From a virus (taxonomy: Duplodnaviria > Caudoviricetes), in the IMG/VR virus record IMGVR_UViG_3300025502_000100, positions 1 to 30,714 of that record: 30,714 nucleotides of DNA, one strand, 5' to 3'. Position numbers and translations under genes: made by a program. A model generated the notes under the pieces. That model saw only the letters and a program-made list of their open reading frames with translations, did not search any database and was not told where the DNA came from. Positions 24,516 through 30,714 of the stretch are shown here, piece by piece; positions within the stretch are counted from its first letter, which is position 1; every line of letters starts with the position of its first letter.

Positions 24516-25613
24516 TTACCAGTTCTCCTGCATGAATGGGAATATACTTTCTATATAGGCAACGAATCCATCACCCCACATGACATTTGCCTTGTTTGTA
24601 GTAAAGCTTTTACGCATGTCGTGAAAGACACCAATCACGTCAGTCTGTTGAATTTTATTTTCATCTAATTGTTGACGTATGAACTGCATGGCACTTGTGA
24701 ATGTACCGAGTGATGATATGCAATTGTTTGTAGAAAATCTACGATCTAACTCATCACGCCACGGAGTCTCTATATAAACTCTGTTAAATAATAAATCAAT
24801 TAAAACTTCATACCCGAACGGCACTTTACTAAAATGACCAAATGCAAATCGTGTATTCAATACACCATCGATGGACAAATAGCTCCGTAAGTAATCAATA
24901 CCTGTGGTAAAGGTGGTCTCTAGTATGTCAATTAACTCAGCAGTTTGTCTTTTCTTTTCTACTAATCGGAATCTTCTAGTTTTTTTGCGGAGAATTTCAA
25001 TCAATGCCTCCGTGTCCAACATGTCGTCATTCCATAGAAACTGCTTAAACCCATTCTCTGCAGCAGACAGTCCATTTGCCTTGACGAGTGATTTAATTAA
25101 TTCCGACCTATGAGCGCCCTTAATAGGTAGTCCTGATTCGTGTGTGGGTGCTTCATCCGACCAATATTTGAATTCATACATATATGAATGTATATCACCA
25201 CCATAGGATGGGTTTGCTATCATTAAATCTATTTGATAAAACTTTTCATTAAATGGATATTTAATGCTCACAATGCTACCAAAACTAATAAATGAGTCGA
25301 TTCCATGACCTGTCATTCGCTCAACAAGTTTGGTCGTTGCATCTCGATTATCCGTGATTGCAGTTGCGATTAAATCTATATCACTACTCTCGTCCTTTGC
25401 ATTTGAAAGTCCAATGAGCATGGCACGGGTACTGCCGAGTGCTTGAATCGTATCTGTATCGAATATGGGTATATCGGATGTGGATACCCCCGACGATAGT
25501 ATGAATCGTGTGAAGTCATCAACTATGTCTTTTGTGTTGTCAGACGTAACATATGAAATGTCTGAAAATCTCTTTCCTACGACCAATCTTCCCAGAGAAT
25601 AATTTTTTGGCAT
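24516..25613 (-). CDS. Pol-beta superfamily nucleotidyltransferase (365 aa)
   Basis: ALGST...SSDIDLIA and a third Asp in YQIDLMI; stop is 1 nt from the ligase-like start. Confidence 0.7.
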   Translation of the reverse strand: MPKNYSLGRLVVGKRFSDISYVTSDNTKDIVDDFTRFILSSGVSTSDIPIFDTDTIQALGSTRAMLIGLSNAKDESSDIDLIATAITDNRDATTKLVERMTGHGIDSFISFGSIVSIKYPFNEKFYQIDLMIANPSYGGDIHSYMYEFKYWSDEAPTHESGLPIKGAHRSELIKSLVKANGLSAAENGFKQFLWNDDMLDTEALIEILRKKTRRFRLVEKKRQTAELIDILETTFTTGIDYLRSYLSIDGVLNTRFAFGHFSKVPFGYEVLIDLLFNRVYIETPWRDELDRRFSTNNCISSLGTFTSAMQFIRQQLDENKIQQTDVIGVFHDMRKSFTTNKANVMWGDGFVAYIESIFPFMQENW

Positions 25614-25619
25614 ACTAGA

Positions 25620-25662
25620 TGTCTATATTTAAAATGTATTAAGTTGATCATTAATATAGACA
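25620..25662. promoter_or_regulatory. 10-bp perfect inverted repeat upstream of the nucleotidyltransferase-ligase pair
   Basis: TGTCTATATT (25620-25629), 23-nt spacer, AATATAGACA (25653-25662). Confidence 0.5.
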
Positions 25663-25677
25663 ATCTGGGTGGTAATG

Positions 25678-28600
25678 TCAACTATGTTTAGCTACATCAA
25701 TTACAATTTTACCATCCTGTGTAGTTACACTAAATGATTCAGGTGATATATTTGTGTAATATTGCTCATATCGCTTGATGTGCTCTTTTAAGTTATTTTC
25801 AGTTGTCGATAGCTTAGTGTAGTACTCTGGATCATTCGTGAGGTTGTCTAGTACGATTTCAGCTGCCGTTATATTATTGCGAGTGTGTACACGTTCGACC
25901 GATATTCCCATTTCGAATTGATACTTGATATCATCTATAGACACTCCATGCTTTTTTGAAATATCTAATATGTTAAGATCATCCCCAACTCCGCCACGCA
26001 CCTTATCTATATGTGACACATAGTTATTGGACGTGTCTTCCCCAACTCCACCACCATCCATAGCACCGTCTGGTAATTCACCGATCGACGGATTTATTAC
26101 ACCAAATGCTCGAGTTGATCCTGTATATTGAGTTTGTATCGGCACTGCCTCGTTCGTAGTATCTGATTTGTTTATATGGTACTTATCCCAATTCAACAAA
26201 GTCGAGTTGATAGTCTCAGTCACGACGTATTGGAGAACTTCATCAATACCACTCATTTGCTCCTTAGTTAGTGGAACTCTATACATTTTACCTGCACCTA
26301 TTGCGTAATCTATATTCCTACCCTTACTTTCAACAAATCCAAATTCTTTATAAAACTTGATGAGTCTGTTTCGTGAAGTGGTGCCATGATGCTTATCTGC
26401 GAGTCCAGGTGTCAATATAATTCGTTTACCGTGCGTATCTGCATAATCAATCAACGACTGCATTGCTTCAGTACCTGTGCCTTTTTTTTGAGCATCTTTT
26501 TTTACTATGAGTGAATCGAGGTAAATATCATTATTTTTTTCATATAGTGCAAAAGTATGTAAGTCTAATCGTTTTTTTATTTCAGATGCGAGCGTTTTGA
26601 TATTTTCATTAATATGCTCGAACGATAGCTTTTGGTTACTTGTCTGAAAGTTTCTCTTTCTCATTATAGTTTTTGCGATTAGTTGATTTGCCATTTTAAC
26701 AAATGGTATATTAATATTCGTTTTTTTATCAGACAGTACGATTTCTGAGTACTTCTTTAATACATTTATAAGAGATTCTTTATATGGAATCAGTCTATCA
26801 AAAAAATCAATAAGTTCATTTCTACTGATAGGTTTTTCATTTCTAGGGTCTAGTAGTCTATCAAAAAAATGTCTAGTTCTTAAGTTTATGTCAATTGGAT
26901 TGAATTTAGCGTCTGCATAGTTGTCAATGAATGCCACGTCTGATTTGCTGATATCTTCACCCAACCCAGCCTTATCGTACTTAGTACCGAATTTTTCTAA
27001 TTTATCAAATGCACGAAATGCTTTGAGTTTTTCTTGCTTTTTGGGACGCATGTCATTTAATAGTTTAAACTTCATATGATTCTTTACAATATAAAATACA
27101 TTCGCAAGGTTAGCACCCATATCTGTTATCCAATCTGAATATTCTTTTACTAAGGCAGCGGATACTTTTTCATGCCCAATATGTTGAACTATGCCTTTTT
27201 TTGGATTAAAAACACCAGTTTCATCCTTGCCTATGTCATGAAACATCGCAGCGATTGCTAGGTCAATATCATCAGACTTCAATGCACGTGTAACTACCAT
27301 TATGGTATGCTTCAATGTGTTCCCCTCGGGATGCTTATCAGGTCGTTGTGGTACTTGCTTCAATCCATATACACGTGTCTGTAAGTCCTTTGGCATCTTA
27401 TCAAAAAGACTTCGAAAGTCCTTTACACCAATATCAGTTAATTTTGACTCATTCATAAATTTATCATACTCCATACTTTTTATTTTAGATGAAATTTCGG
27501 CACCTTTGAATCCGAGTGAGGTGACTTCATTACCAGACACTGACAGTTTAAATCTTGCATACTTTTCTAGTGGAGTTTTTGTAAATTTACCCCATTTAAT
27601 TATTCTATTTACATCTAATGTTGTATCTTGTTCTGCCTTTTTATAAGAAAATATATGCTTAGGATTAAACCTAGATAGCGCAATTAATACTTTAACATCA
27701 TATGCTTCTTGCTTTTCATATTTGATATCTTTTAAATACTCATACACCTCACTTACTTCATACGACTTTAGTAAGTGCGCCACCTGGAAGATATAATCAT
27801 TGCTTTCAATAAAGTCAGTATCGCATTTCATGTTAGGAAATATTTCTGACAGCATTCCAAGGTCGTCGACTGCTTTCAAGTATTTCACGGTACTTTTGGC
27901 CGATGTGATTGATTTAATGAACTCATCTCGAATTCGTTCAGGTGATACATCATGTAATGATGGGTTATCTATGATTGCCTTTTTAATAGCTACATCAAAG
28001 TTTCCATCGAATTTTGCATAAAATCGAAGTGCTCTCAGTTTTCTAAGAGAGTCTTCTTCAAACCTGCTCGATGCATCTCCAACGGTGCGAATTATGTTAT
28101 TTTTTAAATCAGAAACACCTCCAACCAAATCAATGACTTCGTTAGCATCAATGTCATAAAATAATGCGTTGATAGTCAAGTCACGTCGTGCCACGTCCCC
28201 CTCTATATCGGTAAACTCAACACTATCAGGTCGTCTACCACCACTCATATCTTTTCTGAATGTGGTGATTTCTTCACCATCCACTACGATGACTCCGAAT
28301 TCTTCACCAACGGTAGTGTATTTTAAATTGGAATTGGTTGCAATTTGTTTAATTTCAGTGGGAGTTGCGTCAGTAGTTAAGTCAAAGTCTTTTGGGTCTT
28401 TGCCTAGTAACGCATCTCGCACGGCACCACCAACTACATACAGTTTCTTACCAGCCTGCTTGAATGCGGTGTGAATTGTAATCACATTATTAGGTAAATG
28501 TAACTTCAATGGGTGTGTAGACTCTATGAGTTGTTTATTCTCAGTTACATTTTTCATATTCTTAGCACCTTTTGATGACAGTGACTTAGTAAGTCGTGCT

Positions 28601-29028
28601 TGTTGCTTGGATTGTGCGAATTCCCAACCCATAGTTGCAACCGTTCGAGCGATGTGAGATTTCCACTTATTATAGGCACCAATTCCATAAATATCTTGTT
28701 GGTTAGTTGGCGTGTTTACACCGAAATCTCCGGCAGGGAAGTAAGAAACAGAGTCAACAGGCCCATTTGGATATGTGGGTGGTTCTAGTGCCAATTCCAT
28801 ATCATCATCTACCATATAATCAATGATAGACCAACCTGTTTTTAGAAAACTAACTAAATCTGCCTTTGTCGCACTCTTATACGCATCGAAGTTGGGATAT
28901 ACGAAGCCTGGCCCATCATCTGGTGAGATTGTTTCAAGTAAGTTATCTTTGTTTGACAAAATCCATAATATAATATCAGATTCATCTAAATTAATGTCAG
29001 TTAAGTCTATTTTATTTATATTATCCAT
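25678..29028 (-). CDS. cca: Multidomain polyprotein: unknown N domain, CCA-adding tRNA nucleotidyltransferase, HD phosphohydrolase, HFxDR domain, GNAT acetyltransferase, DUF5661-like (1116 aa)
   Basis: VGGAVRD..KDFD, RRDLTINA, EDSLRKLRALRF; HPEGNTLKH..FHDIGK..GHE; RHFFDRLLDPRN..KTIMRK; QKKGTGT..LIKFYKEFGF; MGISVERVH..PEYYTKL. The gene symbol applies to one domain only. Confidence 0.85.
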   Translation of the reverse strand: MDNINKIDLTDINLDESDIILWILSNKDNLLETISPDDGPGFVYPNFDAYKSATKADLVSFLKTGWSIIDYMVDDDMELALEPPTYPNGPVDSVSYFPAGDFGVNTPTNQQDIYGIGAYNKWKSHIARTVATMGWEFAQSKQQARLTKSLSSKGAKNMKNVTENKQLIESTHPLKLHLPNNVITIHTAFKQAGKKLYVVGGAVRDALLGKDPKDFDLTTDATPTEIKQIATNSNLKYTTVGEEFGVIVVDGEEITTFRKDMSGGRRPDSVEFTDIEGDVARRDLTINALFYDIDANEVIDLVGGVSDLKNNIIRTVGDASSRFEEDSLRKLRALRFYAKFDGNFDVAIKKAIIDNPSLHDVSPERIRDEFIKSITSAKSTVKYLKAVDDLGMLSEIFPNMKCDTDFIESNDYIFQVAHLLKSYEVSEVYEYLKDIKYEKQEAYDVKVLIALSRFNPKHIFSYKKAEQDTTLDVNRIIKWGKFTKTPLEKYARFKLSVSGNEVTSLGFKGAEISSKIKSMEYDKFMNESKLTDIGVKDFRSLFDKMPKDLQTRVYGLKQVPQRPDKHPEGNTLKHTIMVVTRALKSDDIDLAIAAMFHDIGKDETGVFNPKKGIVQHIGHEKVSAALVKEYSDWITDMGANLANVFYIVKNHMKFKLLNDMRPKKQEKLKAFRAFDKLEKFGTKYDKAGLGEDISKSDVAFIDNYADAKFNPIDINLRTRHFFDRLLDPRNEKPISRNELIDFFDRLIPYKESLINVLKKYSEIVLSDKKTNINIPFVKMANQLIAKTIMRKRNFQTSNQKLSFEHINENIKTLASEIKKRLDLHTFALYEKNNDIYLDSLIVKKDAQKKGTGTEAMQSLIDYADTHGKRIILTPGLADKHHGTTSRNRLIKFYKEFGFVESKGRNIDYAIGAGKMYRVPLTKEQMSGIDEVLQYVVTETINSTLLNWDKYHINKSDTTNEAVPIQTQYTGSTRAFGVINPSIGELPDGAMDGGGVGEDTSNNYVSHIDKVRGGVGDDLNILDISKKHGVSIDDIKYQFEMGISVERVHTRNNITAAEIVLDNLTNDPEYYTKLSTTENNLKEHIKRYEQYYTNISPESFSVTTQDGKIVIDVAKHS

Positions 29029-29080
29029 TATATTACGTGTGATGCGACTCCAAATATGCTAAACGTATCTTGTCCATGGA

Positions 29081-29088
29081 AATAAATA
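29081..29088 (-). promoter_or_regulatory. Putative late promoter variant TATTTATT
   Basis: 52 nt upstream of the polyprotein ATG; 7/8 match to the motif. Confidence 0.5.
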
Positions 29089-29112
29089 TACAACTATGTT
29101 GGTATTTCAAGA

Positions 29113-30714
29113 TTAATCTCCACTACCCGACGCAATTGTTTGTAATTCAATGACTTGATCTTTTAGTTCTTTAATCGATTCGATTAGGATAGCAATAATC
29201 CCATCGTAATTAACCGACTTATGACTTCCATTATCCGTTACGAGTCGTGGTGCTACTAATTCAACTTCTTGTGCAACTACACCATAATCCGAAATTAGTC
29301 TCTTATCAGTCTCCGATCTTAGTGAGTTTTTGGGACTATCTAACTTCCAATTGAACGAATGTCCTATTAGTGATGATATTAGGTCGAGTGATCCTGTTAT
29401 TGGTAGTATGTCTTGCTTATACGTAATATCGGACGGAGTGCCGTTCTGCGTAAGTGATCCGTCAAATACTACAGAACCGTTACTGTCAAACGAGTATCTA
29501 AGAGTCGAAACTGCTGCGTTATTACCAGTTCCAATGAATAATCTCGACGGAGACGATTCCCCATCATTCCAGATGTTAAATATAGACCCCACTCCTACTG
29601 GTTGGAATGATAAGAATCCGTGGTTGGCACTATCTAGATCATAAGTATCTCCGACTTGAATACCACCTTTAACTCGGAGGGTTTTGAAATTCGCACTATC
29701 TGGTGAAATTTGAACCCATTGCGCAGTCCCGACTTTCGATAAAAATCCACCACCATTTATAACTGTGCTATTAGATGAACTTATTCCATTTATTGTAATA
29801 GATGTACCAGTAATCGAAACTCCCGCTGATGGGGGATTACTGTTATATATTCTATTGGTATTTTCGAAGAGTGTAATATACGTTATTCGGAATCTTAATG
29901 TAAGTGTACCAGTTGTAGTAATGTCACTCGTCAGTGAAAGTGCACCTGACGGGATAGATACGGTCGATTCCACCCCACTATACCGAAGTGGGTCTAATTC
30001 TACGACAGTATCTGACCCGTGTGCTGAAGCACTTCTGATATTTGATGCTGCAATTTCAGTACCATTTCTATATAGCACAAGCTGAATAGAAATGTGCGAC
30101 TGCGCCACACTGCCACGTGCTATGGCACGTAACGCATTGGATGGTACGGTGCATGAAAATGTGTATGATCCAACCCCAGCAGTGCCAATAACTATATTAG
30201 ATGTGAGGGTTGATAGTACAGTCGTACTAGATATTGGACTTCCTGATGTAACAGTTGCAGCTGTTAAACTGCTAGATACTGCAGCAGAATATCCACTAAC
30301 AGCTGGTGATGGTAGTGTTGTTGAATTATTAGCAATAAATCTAGGAGCACCCGATGTATCTCGTACTTGTATTTGATTTGATGCAATTAATACACTACCA
30401 TTGTCCGATGTCGAATCGAGTGTATTTTGGGTGATATTAAATCCACCAATTTTACCTGAATCTGCTGTAATACTTCCACTGATAGATAACGTGCCACCAC
30501 TGAATGCTAAATGTTCTCCAGATGGGTCGCCAAACCTAACAGCACCACCCCCTTGAAAGTAGTATCCAATTCCTGCGTCAAACGCAGTCGCATTTACACT
30601 CCGTATTAATCCAGAGTTAGGAGCATCAGTACTACCCATAACCAATCCAAGTGTTATCGTAGCATCTTGTGCAAGTAATATATCAGTTGCGACTGATTCA
30701 AACTGAGCACCGAA
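29113..30714 (-). CDS. Tail fibre protein with a C-terminal peptidase S74 intramolecular chaperone (5'-truncated by the window edge)
   Basis: PSDITYKQDI...FNWK...YGVVAQEVE...VNYDGIIAILIESIKEL. The frame stays open from 30645 to 30714 (FGAQFESVATDILLAQD). Confidence 0.85.
   Translation of the reverse strand, partial: FGAQFESVATDILLAQDATITLGLVMGSTDAPNSGLIRSVNATAFDAGIGYYFQGGGAVRFGDPSGEHLAFSGGTLSISGSITADSGKIGGFNITQNTLDSTSDNGSVLIASNQIQVRDTSGAPRFIANNSTTLPSPAVSGYSAAVSSSLTAATVTSGSPISSTTVLSTLTSNIVIGTAGVGSYTFSCTVPSNALRAIARGSVAQSHISIQLVLYRNGTEIAASNIRSASAHGSDTVVELDPLRYSGVESTVSIPSGALSLTSDITTTGTLTLRFRITYITLFENTNRIYNSNPPSAGVSITGTSITINGISSSNSTVINGGGFLSKVGTAQWVQISPDSANFKTLRVKGGIQVGDTYDLDSANHGFLSFQPVGVGSIFNIWNDGESSPSRLFIGTGNNAAVSTLRYSFDSNGSVVFDGSLTQNGTPSDITYKQDILPITGSLDLISSLIGHSFNWKLDSPKNSLRSETDKRLISDYGVVAQEVELVAPRLVTDNGSHKSVNYDGIIAILIESIKELKDQVIELQTIASGSGD

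Noticed and set aside
27448-28521. Poly(A) polymerase call for the nucleotidyltransferase domain
   Set aside because: The PAP signature (G-R/K-R/K-F) is absent (VGEEFG here), while the EDxxR templating motif and a GRRP flexible loop fit a CCA-adding enzyme.
29033-29077. 14-codon upstream ORF MDKIRLAYLESHHT before the polyprotein
   Set aside because: Too short to support, out of frame with the main ORF, and starts only a few nt from the promoter motif.
4-30376. All plus-strand ORFs in the track (for example 4-210, 11375-11701, 27302-27646)
   Set aside because: They are antisense shadows of long minus-strand genes with recognisable motifs and show no motifs of their own.
1-30714. tRNA, rRNA or intron genes
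   Set aside because: No cloverleaf or rRNA-like segment was seen; intergenic gaps are short and otherwise explained. A covariance-model scan was not possible.

Overview
A 30.7-kb, AT-rich segment of a large T4-like (myovirus-type) phage, with every credible gene on the minus strand. In transcription order (right to left) it encodes: a tail fibre with an S74 chaperone; a 1116-aa multi-enzyme polyprotein (CCA-adding enzyme, HD phosphohydrolase, HFxDR domain, GNAT, DUF5661-like); a Pol-beta nucleotidyltransferase; an RNA-ligase-like protein; two membrane proteins; large terminase; an intein-containing portal; prohead protease; ribosomal protein bS21; scaffold; major capsid protein; a Hef-like homing endonuclease; a kinase-like protein; neck/tail-completion proteins (gp13/14/15-like); and tail fibre proteins. 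bS21 in the head module and D-(S/T)-aliphatic sequons suggest a Bacteroidota host (inference). The main unexplained signals are: (1) two short IS200/IS605/omega-RNA-like elements apparently inserted at the same TTTAT^ATAC position of a recurrent putative late promoter (TATTTATA); (2) enzymes carrying xxE-ending leaders or linkers, consistent with capsid-packaged cargo processed by the prohead protease; (3) a candidate tRNA/RNA repair cluster; (4) a recurrent (S/T)-(G/A/S)-S motif in virion proteins. All family calls come from motif recognition by eye, not database searches.
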